Assembly (NCBI GenBank): GCA_043827405.1
Contig: JBDRPD010000083.1
Location: forward strand, 13,572-77,571
Source: Elusimicrobiota bacterium
GTDB taxonomy: Bacteria > Elusimicrobiota > Elusimicrobia > UBA1565
Length of the DNA: 64,000 bases
Reading direction: 5' to 3'
The stretch's first letter is position 1; every line of letters starts with the position of its first letter. The notes below the pieces were generated by a model. It did no database searches. It saw nothing but the letters and a program-made list of their open reading frames with translations, and was not told the DNA's origin. Below, one piece after another: positions 1 through 9,485 of the stretch. The translations under genes were made by a program, and so were the position numbers.

Positions 1-283
1 GGCCGCGCGCTTCGGGAAGGGTGGCGACGCCGGTAATGACGGCAGCATCGACATCGATGCCGCCGATTCGAAGCGTCATTGGCAGCGCCGCCACGGCGGC
101 CATGATCTTTCCCGCATCTTTACTGATGAGGCAGTGGGGGTATGGGTCGAAACTCTCGCAGGCGAAAATATGGCTTTGCAGCTCATTCCAGCCCTTGTCG
201 AAGCGATTGCGGAGGATGCAGTCCTCCCAGAGCCTAAGGAGTTCTTGGCTGTCGCGGCGGCGGGCTCGCTCGATGCTGCTCAT
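1..283 (-). CDS. GNAT-family N-acetyltransferase (Eis-like), partial, runs off the window start
   Basis: Not in the ORF track. Manual minus-strand translation from ATG at 283 is open to base 1: MSSIERARRRDSQELLRLWEDC...LRIGGIDVDAAVITGVATLPEARG. The end matches the start of GNAT acetyl-CoA motif A (V-x-T-x-P-x-x-R-G). Confidence 0.75.
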   Translation of the reverse strand, partial: MSSIERARRRDSQELLRLWEDCILRNRFDKGWNELQSHIFACESFDPYPHCLISKDAGKIMAAVAALPMTLRIGGIDVDAAVITGVATLPEARG

Positions 284-395
284 GGCGGGATGTTACCCGT
301 TATGCGGGCGGATTGGCAAGTTGCGGAGCATCACTTTTGTTTATATTCATAATTTATAACAGACTAATTTAACAATTGAAACGGGCCATTAGATA

Positions 396-414
396 TTGTT
401 CAATATATGAACAA
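396..414. promoter_or_regulatory. Palindromic candidate operator TTGTTCA-N5-TGAACAA
   Basis: Perfect 7-bp inverted repeat in the AT-rich spacer between the divergent GNAT gene and the glycan operon. Confidence 0.45.
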
Positions 415-438
415 GCAAGGAGGCTGACGATAATTATT

Positions 439-1467
439 ATGGCTAAGAGACAATTTGCTCGGGTACTGGTGACCGGAGGGGCTGGTTATGTCGGCTGCGT
501 GCTGGTCCGCAAACTGCTTGCGGCGGGCTATGAGGTCGTAGTCTACGATATCTTATATTACGGCAAGGATGGGCTGCCGGAACATGACAAGCTGCGTCTG
601 ATTGAGGGCGATATCCGGGATGCCGGCGCGATGCGTGAAGCGCTTGTCGGCGTCGATGCCGTCATTCATTTGGCCTGCATCTCCAATGACCCGAGCTACG
701 ACCTCGATCCCGAGCTCGGCAAGTCCATCAACTTCGACAGCTTTGAGCCGATGGTTCAGGCCAGTAAGGCGGCTGGCGTCAAGCGATTCATCAACGTCTC
801 TTCGAGTTCGGTTTACGGCATCAGCGATGCCCCCGAAGTTACCGAAGAACATCCGCTTAACCCATTGACCGACTACAGCAAGTACAAATTGATGTGCGAA
901 GAGGTCCTGCAGCGGTATCGCGAGCCGGGCTTCTGCTGCGCCACGATACGACCGGCAACCGTTTGCGGTTATTCGCCGCGGCTGCGTCTGGACTTGTCGA
1001 TCAATATCCTTACCAACTTGGCATACCGCAACCGTAAGATTACGGTCTTCGGCGGCACCCAGAAACGCCCGAACATCCATATCGACGACATCGTTGATCT
1101 CTACCTGCTGCTGCTTGAGCTCGCTGATGTGAAAATCGACGGCAAGGTCTACAATGCGGGATATGAGAACTTCACCATCGCCGAGCTCGCCGAAATGATC
1201 CGCAAGGTGGTGGAGGAAGAGTTCCCGGATAAGGCGCCGATCGAGATCGCCACCACACCGACCGACGATCTGCGCTCCTACCATGTCTGCTCGCGGAAGA
1301 TCGAGCGCGAATTGGGTTTTACCCCTCAACGCGGGCTGGATGACGCGGTGCGGGGACTGTGCGCCGCGTTTAAAGCCGGCCGGATTCCCGATAGCCTTGA
1401 GGATAACAGGTATTTTAATGTGCGGACCATGAAGGTGCTGGCGGCGGGTAAGGCGGCCGGGGCGTGA
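439..1467 (+). CDS. NAD-dependent NDP-sugar epimerase/dehydratase (extended SDR)
   Basis: [11 protein letters not shown] Rossmann motif and YSKYK (YxxxK). Start moved to ATG 439 ([11 protein letters not shown]). Confidence 0.9.
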   Translation: MAKRQFARVLVTGGAGYVGCVLVRKLLAAGYEVVVYDILYYGKDGLPEHDKLRLIEGDIRDAGAMREALVGVDAVIHLACISNDPSYDLDPELGKSINFDSFEPMVQASKAAGVKRFINVSSSSVYGISDAPEVTEEHPLNPLTDYSKYKLMCEEVLQRYREPGFCCATIRPATVCGYSPRLRLDLSINILTNLAYRNRKITVFGGTQKRPNIHIDDIVDLYLLLLELADVKIDGKVYNAGYENFTIAELAEMIRKVVEEEFPDKAPIEIATTPTDDLRSYHVCSRKIERELGFTPQRGLDDAVRGLCAAFKAGRIPDSLEDNRYFNVRTMKVLAAGKAAGA

Positions 1468-2501
1468 GCGACGGGGCCGACGGCAAGACGGCGGTTGTCA
1501 CCGGGGGCGCCGGCTTTATCGGCAGCCATCTGGTCGACCGTCTGCTGGCTGAAGGCTGCCTGGTGCGCGTTATCGATAATTTTTCAACGGGTCGGCCGGA
1601 AAACCTGGAACATGTTCGCGGTCATGAAGGGCTGGCGGTCCATGAAGCGGACATCTGCGATGCGGCGGCCATTAGGCCGCTGTTTACCGGCGCCGACTGG
1701 GTTTTTCATATTGCGGCGCTGGCTGATATCGTGCCGTCCATCGAAAATCCGCAGAAGTATTTCAACTCCAACGTCGTCGGGACGCAGAACGTGCTGGAGG
1801 CGGCGCGCGGCGCCGGGATCCAGCGCTTCGTTTATGCGGCATCCTCCTCCTGCTACGGTATTCCCGATGCCTATCCGACACGGGAGGACGCGGCGATCCG
1901 GCCGCAGTACCCGTACGCGCTGACGAAGTATCTGGGCGAGGAGCTGGTCCGGCACTGGGGGCAGGTCTATAAGCTGCCGATCGCTTCGCTGAGGTTCTTT
2001 AATGTCTACGGTCCGCGCTCGCGTACGTCGGGGACCTACGGCGCGGTCTTCGGCGTGTTTCTGGCGCAGAAGCTCAAGGGTCGGCCGTACACCGTGGTGG
2101 GCGACGGCGAGCAGACCCGCGACTTTACCTATGTTACGGATGTCGTCGACGCGGTTTATACCGCGGCGCGGCATGAGCAAGCGGCGGGGCAGGTGTTTAA
2201 TGTCGGTTCCGGCAGTACCTACAGCGTGAACCGTCTGGTGGAGCTGTTGGACGGCGAGGTCGTCCATATCCCCAAGCGGCCGGGTGAGCCGGACTGTACG
2301 TTTGCGGATATCGCAAAGATCCGCGATCGGCTGGGCTGGCGGGCAACGGTGAGCTTTGAGGACGGAGTCGCGAAGATGCTGGAAAATATCGATTACTGGC
2401 GGGAAGCGCCGGTGTGGACCGAAAATTCCATAGAGAAGGCGACGGAAAAATGGTTTCAGTACCTGTCGCCTGAGAGTGGGGCCGTGGAGGGAAAAAAGTG
2501 A
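1464..2501 (+). CDS. NAD-dependent NDP-sugar epimerase/dehydratase (WbpP/GalE-like extended SDR)
   Basis: [46 protein letters not shown] overlap with the upstream gene. Confidence 0.9.
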   Translation: MSDGADGKTAVVTGGAGFIGSHLVDRLLAEGCLVRVIDNFSTGRPENLEHVRGHEGLAVHEADICDAAAIRPLFTGADWVFHIAALADIVPSIENPQKYFNSNVVGTQNVLEAARGAGIQRFVYAASSSCYGIPDAYPTREDAAIRPQYPYALTKYLGEELVRHWGQVYKLPIASLRFFNVYGPRSRTSGTYGAVFGVFLAQKLKGRPYTVVGDGEQTRDFTYVTDVVDAVYTAARHEQAAGQVFNVGSGSTYSVNRLVELLDGEVVHIPKRPGEPDCTFADIAKIRDRLGWRATVSFEDGVAKMLENIDYWREAPVWTENSIEKATEKWFQYLSPESGAVEGKK

Positions 2502-4063
2502 AGAAGACCAGCGCGGCCAAGAAGAAGCGCGTCGTCGATGCGCGGCGCTCGCCGAAAATCAAAACACTCAAAGAACTGCGGCGCATTATCCGCGCGTCGC
2601 GCCGCCGCGGCCGTCGTGTTGCGCTCTGCCATGGCGTGTTCGACCTGCTGCATCCTGGGCATATCGTGCATTTTCAGGAAGCGCGGAGCCATGGAGACCT
2701 CCTCGTCGTATCGCTTACGCCGGACCGCTACGTCAATAAGGGGCCGGGACGGCCGTTTTTCCCGGAAGCCCTGCGCATGGAGTCCCTCGCGGCGATCGAA
2801 TCCGTCGACTACGTCGTGCTCAACGAATGGCCGACCGCGACTAAGATGCTGAAGCTTCTGCAGCCCAACTTCTACGTCAAGGGCGGCGACTATGCGGATG
2901 CGCGCAAGGACCTCACGGGCAAGATCGTCGAGGAGGCGGAGGCGATGCGGTCGTTCGGCGGTCGTCTGGTCTTTACCGAAGGATTCACCTCGAGCTCCAG
3001 CCGCTTGCTCAACCGCTTCTTCAGCGTATATCCCAAGGCGACACAGGAGTACCTGCATGCTTTTCGCCGAGAGTACACCGCCGACGAGGTCGTGGGGCAC
3101 CTAAAGGGCCTGCGCGATCTGCGCGTTCTCGTCGTGGGCGAGGCCATCCTTGACCAATACACCTACTGCCTGCCTCTTGGGAAATCCCCCAAGGAGACGA
3201 TCGTGTCCACCAAATTCCTTTCCGACGAACTGTTCGCCGGCGGGGCGGTGGCGACCGCCAATCATATCGCGGGTCTGTGCAAGGAGGTTGTGCTGCTGAC
3301 CGCTCTGGGAGAGGACCAGGCGCAGGAGAAGTTCGTCCGCCGCAAACTTAAGGGCAATGTGCGCCTGGAGCTGATGCGTACGATGGACCGCCCCAGCGTC
3401 CGCAAGCGGCGCTTTATCAGTTCGCCGGAGATGCGCAAGATGTTCGAGATCCAGTTTCTTAATGACGAGCCGCTGCAGACCCGCGACGAAAAGGTCTTTG
3501 CGCGCATGCTGCAGCAGCAGCTGCGCAGCTGCGATCTGGTGGTCGTCAACGATTTTGGCCACGGCCTGCTGACGGAGGGCCTGCGCCGGGACCTGAGCCG
3601 CTGCCGCAGGTTCCTGGCGCTTAATACCCAGTCCAACTCGGCCAATCTCGGCTTCAATGAAATTACAAAGTACTCGCGTGCCGACTACGTCTCTATCGAT
3701 GAGCTGGAGCTGCGTCTGGCCTGGGGCGAGAAGCACTTCGAGATCGACGCCATGACGAAAGCGCTGCGCCGTCGCATCGGCGCCCAGAAGTTCCTCGTCA
3801 GCCGGGGAGCCAAGGGTTCGGTGATCCATGATCGCGCGGGCTTCCATGTGTCGCCGGCGCTGGCGACGCGGATTGTGGACCGCATCGGCGCCGGCGACGC
3901 CCTGTTCGCGGTGACGTCGCCGCTGGCCTATAAGAAGACGCCGTCGGATATTCTCGGCTTTATCGGCAACTGCGTCGGTGCGCTGGCGGTCGAGATCGTG
4001 TGCAACCGCGAATCGATCGAGCCGGTGCCGCTGTTTAAATTTGTGGAGACGCTGCTGAAATAG
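2498..4063 (+). CDS. Bifunctional cytidylyltransferase-like (N-terminal) plus PfkB sugar kinase (C-terminal); HldE/RfaE-related with reversed domain order
   Basis: HGVFDLLHPGH (HxGH) and YVKGGDY in the N-terminal domain. DRIGAGDALFA PfkB signature at the C-terminus. Confidence 0.88.
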   Translation: MKKTSAAKKKRVVDARRSPKIKTLKELRRIIRASRRRGRRVALCHGVFDLLHPGHIVHFQEARSHGDLLVVSLTPDRYVNKGPGRPFFPEALRMESLAAIESVDYVVLNEWPTATKMLKLLQPNFYVKGGDYADARKDLTGKIVEEAEAMRSFGGRLVFTEGFTSSSSRLLNRFFSVYPKATQEYLHAFRREYTADEVVGHLKGLRDLRVLVVGEAILDQYTYCLPLGKSPKETIVSTKFLSDELFAGGAVATANHIAGLCKEVVLLTALGEDQAQEKFVRRKLKGNVRLELMRTMDRPSVRKRRFISSPEMRKMFEIQFLNDEPLQTRDEKVFARMLQQQLRSCDLVVVNDFGHGLLTEGLRRDLSRCRRFLALNTQSNSANLGFNEITKYSRADYVSIDELELRLAWGEKHFEIDAMTKALRRRIGAQKFLVSRGAKGSVIHDRAGFHVSPALATRIVDRIGAGDALFAVTSPLAYKKTPSDILGFIGNCVGALAVEIVCNRESIEPVPLFKFVETLLK

Positions 4064-4071
4064 GAGCGCTT

Positions 4072-4734
4072 ATGGCATATGTGGATTTTGTCCTGAAGAA
4101 TCACCGCAAAACCAAACGCGACTACGTCGGGCGAGTCGTTCAGGAAGATAAGGCCGCCTGCGCCGAGGTGGCGGTTCAATACGGCAGGGAGTATTGGGAC
4201 GGAGATCGCAAGTACGGTTACGGCGGGTATGTCTATGACGGGCGGTGGCGGGCCGTCGCTGAGGAAATGGCGCGCCACTACGGCATTCGCGCGGGCGACC
4301 GCATTCTCGACGTCGGCTGCGGCAAGGGCTACCTGCTCTACGAGTTCACCCGGGCTATTCCCGGCGTTAAAGTGGCAGGAATCGACATATCCTCTTACGC
4401 GATCGACAATGCGAAGGAAGAGGTGAAGGAGCAGTTGACCGTCGGCAACGCGACGAAGCTGCCGTACCCGGATGACAGCTTCGACTACGTGTACTCCCTG
4501 ATCACCCTGCACAATCTTTACGTAAATGAGCTTAAGGATGCGGTTCAGGAGATCGAGCGGGTCGGATGCAAGCATAAGCATATCAGTATCGAAACCTACC
4601 GTAATGAGCGTGAAAAGGCGAACCTTCTCTATTGGCAGCTGACGTGCCGCTCCTTCTATACGCCGCAGGAGTGGGAATGGCTGTTCGCGGAGTGGGGCTA
4701 TACCGGAGACTATTCCTATATCGTGTTTGAGTGA
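4072..4734 (+). CDS. Class I SAM-dependent methyltransferase
   Basis: ILDVGCGKG motif I, GIDISSYA motif II, LPYPDDSFDYV. Confidence 0.9.
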   Translation: MAYVDFVLKNHRKTKRDYVGRVVQEDKAACAEVAVQYGREYWDGDRKYGYGGYVYDGRWRAVAEEMARHYGIRAGDRILDVGCGKGYLLYEFTRAIPGVKVAGIDISSYAIDNAKEEVKEQLTVGNATKLPYPDDSFDYVYSLITLHNLYVNELKDAVQEIERVGCKHKHISIETYRNEREKANLLYWQLTCRSFYTPQEWEWLFAEWGYTGDYSYIVFE

Positions 4735-4737
4735 ATT

Positions 4738-5865
4738 ATGACAGCAGTCAATAAGAACCCGCAGCAGGTCCGTTACTCCTATCTCGCGCGCCAGTTCGCG
4801 GATATCGACAAAATACTCGACGACGTGCGCGCGCTGGTGCGTTCCGGGGATTTTACGTTGGGCGCGGCGGTAAGCGAGTTTGAAGAGAGGTTTGCCCGCG
4901 TCATCGGCACCAAGCACGCGGTCGGGGTCGGTTCCGGGACCGACGCGCTTTTTCTGTCATTAAAGGCGGTGGGCGTGGGCCCCGGCGACGAGGTGATTAC
5001 CTCCGCGAACACCTTCGTCGCGACCGCCGGCGCCATCGCCACCGCGGGCGCGAAGGTCGTTTTCGTCGACTGCGACGACCGCTTCGTGATTGATCCCGGC
5101 AAGATCGAGGCGGCGATTACCGAAAAAACGAAGGCTATTATGCCGGTGCATTGGGGCGGGCAGCCAGCGAATATGCCGCAGATTCTGCAGCTCGCACAAT
5201 CCCGCGGCCTGCCCGTTATTGAAGACGCCTGCCAGTCCATCGGCGCCGCTGTCGGCGGAAAGCGCTGCGGTACCTTCGGCGATGCCGCGGGCTTCAGCCT
5301 GCATCCGCTCAAGAACCTGAACGTCTGGGGGGACGGCGGAGTTATAACGACCAACTCCGCGGAGCTGCGCGATAAGCTGCGGCTGCTGCGCAACCACGGC
5401 ATGACGACCAGGGATGAGTACGCGTTCTATGCCTACAACAGCCGTCTGGATTCGCTGCAGGCCGTTGTGGGCAATCACCTTATTGGGGACACCGAGTGGA
5501 TCACGGAGGCCCGGATTAAGAATGCCCGCCGTCTCGATGCGGCTCTGGCGCTCCTTGATAAGCATTTGACGCTCCCGCGGCGTGAGCCCTCCGAGACGCA
5601 TGTATATCATCTGTATCAGTTTCTCACGCCGCGGCGGGACGAACTGCACGGGTTTTTGCGCGACAAAGGCATCGGCGCGAAAATCCACTACCCCCGGCCG
5701 CTGCACCTGCAGCCGGCGAGCGCGGCGTACGGCTACCAGGAGGGGGATTTTCCGGTCGCGGAGGCGCAGGCGAAGCAGACGATCACTTTGTCGGTCCATC
5801 AGCATCTCACCGATGATGAGGTGCGTTATATGATCGATTCTATTCGCGAGTTCTTTGGAGCTTGA
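4738..5865 (+). CDS. DegT/DnrJ/EryC1/StrS PLP-dependent sugar aminotransferase
   Basis: VGSGTDAL, IEDACQ, FSLHPLKNL (PLP lysine), YNSRLD, IHYPRPLHLQ. Confidence 0.93.
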   Translation: MTAVNKNPQQVRYSYLARQFADIDKILDDVRALVRSGDFTLGAAVSEFEERFARVIGTKHAVGVGSGTDALFLSLKAVGVGPGDEVITSANTFVATAGAIATAGAKVVFVDCDDRFVIDPGKIEAAITEKTKAIMPVHWGGQPANMPQILQLAQSRGLPVIEDACQSIGAAVGGKRCGTFGDAAGFSLHPLKNLNVWGDGGVITTNSAELRDKLRLLRNHGMTTRDEYAFYAYNSRLDSLQAVVGNHLIGDTEWITEARIKNARRLDAALALLDKHLTLPRREPSETHVYHLYQFLTPRRDELHGFLRDKGIGAKIHYPRPLHLQPASAAYGYQEGDFPVAEAQAKQTITLSVHQHLTDDEVRYMIDSIREFFGA

Positions 5866-5870
5866 GTTTT

Positions 5871-6968
5871 ATGCGAGTGCCCTACGTCGATTTTAAGGCG
5901 CAGTACGCGGCGCATGCGCCGCAGCTGATCGGCGCGGCGCGGCGCATCCTGTCCGGCGGCGAGTATATCCTCGGCCGCGAGGTGGAGGTATTTGAGGAGC
6001 GGTTCGCGCGCTTGTGCGGTGTCCGGCATGCGGTCGGCGTTTCTAACGGCACAGATGCCCTCGTTCTGGTATTGAAAGCGGGTGGCGTGGGTCCGGGTGA
6101 CGAAGTGCTGACGGTTCCGAACTCGTTTGTGGCGACGGCTTCTTCTATCGAGCTGGCCGGCGCCCGGCCGGTGTTCATCGATGTCGGAGATGATCAGCTG
6201 ATGGATCCGGAACGCCTGGCCCGGGCGGTTACGCGCCGGACGCGGGCGATCGTCCCCGTGCACCTGACGGGCCGCTGCTGTGATATGCGCGCGATCCTGA
6301 CGGTCGCCCGCAAGCACCGGCTGCTGGTGGTGGAGGATGCGGCACAGGCCGTCGGAGCGAAATTCCGCGGCCGTCCCGCCGGTTCGCTTGGGCGGGCGGC
6401 CTGTTTCAGCTTCCATCCGTTGAAAAATCTGAATGCCGCAGGCGATGCCGGCGCCGTCGTCACCGACAGCGGCCCTCTGGCTCGCCGCCTGCGCTTGCTG
6501 CGCAACCACGGCATGCAGTCGCGCAACAAGATCGTCGCCGTAGGATACAATGCGCGGCTGGACGCCCTCCAGGCGGGGTTTCTGAACGCGCGACTGCGGA
6601 TACTGAGCGAGGTTATCGGCCGCCGTCGCCGCAATGCGCAGCAGTACCGGGAGGGTCTGCGCGGCGTGGTGGGACTGCCGCCGGAGACCGCGGACCGCTG
6701 GGACACCTATCATCTTTTCGTCATCCAGTGCGATCGCCGCGACGCTCTTAAGTCCTTCCTCAAAACTAGGGGTATTTCATCGGCGGTGCATTACCCGAAG
6801 CCGCTGCACCTGCAGCCGGCTTTTCGACATCTTGGCTACCACCGGGGCAGCTTTCCGCGGGTCGAGCGGCAGGCGGCCCGGGTGCTTTCACTCCCGGTTC
6901 ACCAGTGTTTGAGCCGGCGGCAGATCGCGCATGTCGTCTCCGCAGTGCGGGAATTTTATGGCGCTTGA
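5871..6968 (+). CDS. DegT/DnrJ/EryC1/StrS sugar aminotransferase (tandem paralog)
   Basis: VSNGTDAL, VEDAAQA, FSFHPLKNL, YNARLD, VHYPKPLHLQ. ATG 5871 preferred over TTG 5862. Confidence 0.93.
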   Translation: MRVPYVDFKAQYAAHAPQLIGAARRILSGGEYILGREVEVFEERFARLCGVRHAVGVSNGTDALVLVLKAGGVGPGDEVLTVPNSFVATASSIELAGARPVFIDVGDDQLMDPERLARAVTRRTRAIVPVHLTGRCCDMRAILTVARKHRLLVVEDAAQAVGAKFRGRPAGSLGRAACFSFHPLKNLNAAGDAGAVVTDSGPLARRLRLLRNHGMQSRNKIVAVGYNARLDALQAGFLNARLRILSEVIGRRRRNAQQYREGLRGVVGLPPETADRWDTYHLFVIQCDRRDALKSFLKTRGISSAVHYPKPLHLQPAFRHLGYHRGSFPRVERQAARVLSLPVHQCLSRRQIAHVVSAVREFYGA

Positions 6969-8661
6969 GACCCGGCTGCGCATTGGCCTGGATTTCGACA
7001 ATACCGTGATCCGTTATGACGACGTCTTCTGTGGGCTGGCGCGTGAGCGCGGCTGGCTGGCCGCCGGAGACGACTGCTCGAAGACGGAGCTGCGTGAGCG
7101 CCTGGTGCGCGAAGACGGCGACGATCTGCGCTGGCAGAGGCTGCAGGCGGATGCCTATGGAGAACATATGCGCCGGGCGCGGGTGTTCCCCGGCTGCCGC
7201 GAATTCCTGCGGTGGGCGGCGGACCACGGGCACCGCGTCTTCATCGTCAGTCATAAAACGGAAACTTCAAATTTCGCTCCCGGCGTCCGGCTGCGTGAGC
7301 GTGCGTTGGCATGGCTGCAAACCAATGAGTTCGTGAGCAACGGCGTTCCAGCCGAGGGCGGCGTCGCGAACAAAGATGTCTTCTTCTTGGCGACGCGTGA
7401 GGAAAAGGTCGCCAAGATCGTTGAGCTGCGGCTCGACCTTTTTGTCGACGATCTGCTTCCCGTGCTGCGGCATGCGGAGTTCCCGCGCGCTACCTGCGGC
7501 GTGCATTTCGCCCCCGCAGGCTCCCGGCGGGAAGCCGGAGCCGTCACCGCCGGCTCGTGGAGTGGAGTGACGGCGGCCGCGGCCTGTCTGTCTCTTTCCG
7601 GCCGTGAGCCGTTTGACGCTTTCACCGCCGCCTTCGGCCTGCCTACGGCGGCGCGCCCCGCGGACCGCAGCGGCAATAACCGGATAATTCAGGTCGACGC
7701 GGAGGACCGGGTACCCCGCGTAATCAAAAGGTATCTTGTCGATAAGCGCGACCCGCGTCCGCGCGCAGCCGCCGAGTACCAGGCTCTTTCCCTGTTGTGG
7801 GAGAACGGCTTTAGGAATGTCCCGCGTCCGTATATTTTGGACGAATATGGATCTTTCGCCGTATTCTCACGGATAGAGGGCTCGCGGCCCGCGGCGGCGG
7901 CGATCACGGAAGACCATGTCCTGCAAGCGGCGGACTTCCTGCTGGCTCTTGATAAGCTGCACCTCCGGCGCCGGGGCGAAACTTATCCCGAAGCCGCCGA
8001 TTCGCGGCGCTGTTTGCGGGATTACGTGCGTCATATCGAACGTCGGCTCAACGGTATTCGGAGCGGACTTGCAGGCGGGGATTTTTGCGCCGCCGCGGAC
8101 TTTGTTGAAAACAAGCTGGTGCCGCTTAAGGATTGTCTCGTCGATAAGTTTATCCGCGAGGCGGAGGCGAGCGGAGAGGATCTCGACGCGGAGACGCCGG
8201 ACGAAGGGCGCTGTCTCAGCCCCTCCGATTTCGGTTTCCATAATGCCCTGGTTGATGGTAAGGGTAAAGTCCACTTCGTTGATTTTGAATACTTCGGCAA
8301 GGATGATCCGGCCAAGCTGGTGGCGGATTTTCTGCATCATGCCGGGCAGGAGCTCAGCTGGGAACATAAGGCGCTGTTTCTTGAGCGGGTGGTGAGCGGC
8401 TTCGCGCACGGGAAGGCGCTGCGGACGCGGCTGAAGCTTGTCGTAGACCTGATCGGTTTGGAGTGGCTGCTGATTATCCTGAATGTTTTGTCGCCGGAAG
8501 CTCTGGCGCGCAAGGAGTTCTCGAATCCTGGTTCCGATATGCACGGCCGGGTGGCGGCGAGACTGCGGACGGCTGAGATGCGGTACGCTGAGATAATTGA
8601 ATTTGAATCGTCGGCATCGCGGCATGCCACGGTGCCGGACTTTTCCGCTGTGTTGGGGTGA
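6958..8661 (+). CDS. Fusion of a HAD-like phosphatase (N) and an aminoglycoside/choline-kinase-like phosphotransferase (C)
   Basis: IGLDFDNT (HAD DxD), IVSHK, LFVDDL. The C-terminal half has LSPSDFGFHN and FVDFEYFG (APH catalytic and metal-binding motifs). Start at ATG 6958. Confidence 0.8.
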   Translation: MALETRLRIGLDFDNTVIRYDDVFCGLARERGWLAAGDDCSKTELRERLVREDGDDLRWQRLQADAYGEHMRRARVFPGCREFLRWAADHGHRVFIVSHKTETSNFAPGVRLRERALAWLQTNEFVSNGVPAEGGVANKDVFFLATREEKVAKIVELRLDLFVDDLLPVLRHAEFPRATCGVHFAPAGSRREAGAVTAGSWSGVTAAAACLSLSGREPFDAFTAAFGLPTAARPADRSGNNRIIQVDAEDRVPRVIKRYLVDKRDPRPRAAAEYQALSLLWENGFRNVPRPYILDEYGSFAVFSRIEGSRPAAAAITEDHVLQAADFLLALDKLHLRRRGETYPEAADSRRCLRDYVRHIERRLNGIRSGLAGGDFCAAADFVENKLVPLKDCLVDKFIREAEASGEDLDAETPDEGRCLSPSDFGFHNALVDGKGKVHFVDFEYFGKDDPAKLVADFLHHAGQELSWEHKALFLERVVSGFAHGKALRTRLKLVVDLIGLEWLLIILNVLSPEALARKEFSNPGSDMHGRVAARLRTAEMRYAEIIEFESSASRHATVPDFSAVLG

Positions 8662-8663
8662 AT

Positions 8664-9485
8664 ATGAACAAGATCGACTATCGGTCCAAGGGCCTCCAAG
8701 TGCGAAAAGATATCATCGATATTCTTGCCAAGGCGGGGCGCGGTCATATCGGAGCCGCCTTTTCTTTGGTGGAGGTTCTGCTGGTTTTGTACTACGGGGT
8801 GCTGCGGGTAGATTCCCGAAAGCCGGATTGGAAGGATCGGGACAGGCTTATTTTCAGTAAAGGACACGGCTGCCTGGCGTTGTATCCGATACTCGCGGAC
8901 TTGGGCTTCTTCCCTCGCGAGGAGTTGTGGAAGTTTTGCTCCCCGCATGGGATATTGGGCGGGCACCCCGAGCACTACAAAGTGCCCGGAGTTGAAGCGT
9001 CCACGGGAGCGCTCGGCCATGGGCTGTCTATCGGCATTGGAATGGCACTAGCGTCTAAGATGAACGAACAAGACTACCGCGTCTACGTAATCGTCGGCGA
9101 CGGGGAGTGTGACGAAGGCTCAATATGGGAGGGGGCGCTCGCGGCCAGCAAGCACCGGCTTGACCGCTTGACAGTGATCGTGGACTACAATAAGCAGCAG
9201 TCCTACTCAGATACCGCGGAGGTGCTGCCCCTTGAGCCGTTCGCCGACAAGTGGCGGAGCTTCGGTTTCGAGGTTCAGGAAGCAGACATGGAGCACCCCG
9301 AGCAGCTGCGTGACGCGCTGGACAAGGCGCCGCGCGGGGACGGCGCGCCGAGAGTGGTCATTTGCCATACCATAAAAGGCAAGGGCGTCTCTTTCATCGA
9401 ACGGAATTTACAATGGCACCACAAGTCGCGGCCGTCGGAAAGCGAGCTTGCGGATATTCGCCGGGAGCTCGAGGCCGCGTCATGA
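8664..9485 (+). CDS. Transketolase-like N-terminal subunit (ThDP-binding)
   Basis: GHIGAAFS, DRLIFSKGH, STGALGHG, VGDGECDEGSIWE...DYN (GDG-x-N ThDP motif), TIKGKGV. Confidence 0.92.
   Translation: MNKIDYRSKGLQVRKDIIDILAKAGRGHIGAAFSLVEVLLVLYYGVLRVDSRKPDWKDRDRLIFSKGHGCLALYPILADLGFFPREELWKFCSPHGILGGHPEHYKVPGVEASTGALGHGLSIGIGMALASKMNEQDYRVYVIVGDGECDEGSIWEGALAASKHRLDRLTVIVDYNKQQSYSDTAEVLPLEPFADKWRSFGFEVQEADMEHPEQLRDALDKAPRGDGAPRVVICHTIKGKGVSFIERNLQWHHKSRPSESELADIRRELEAAS

Noticed and set aside
21-359. Plus-strand ORFs 21..359 and 134..352
   Set aside because: No recognisable motifs; they shadow a minus-strand GNAT ORF with a plausible -10 and a family motif.
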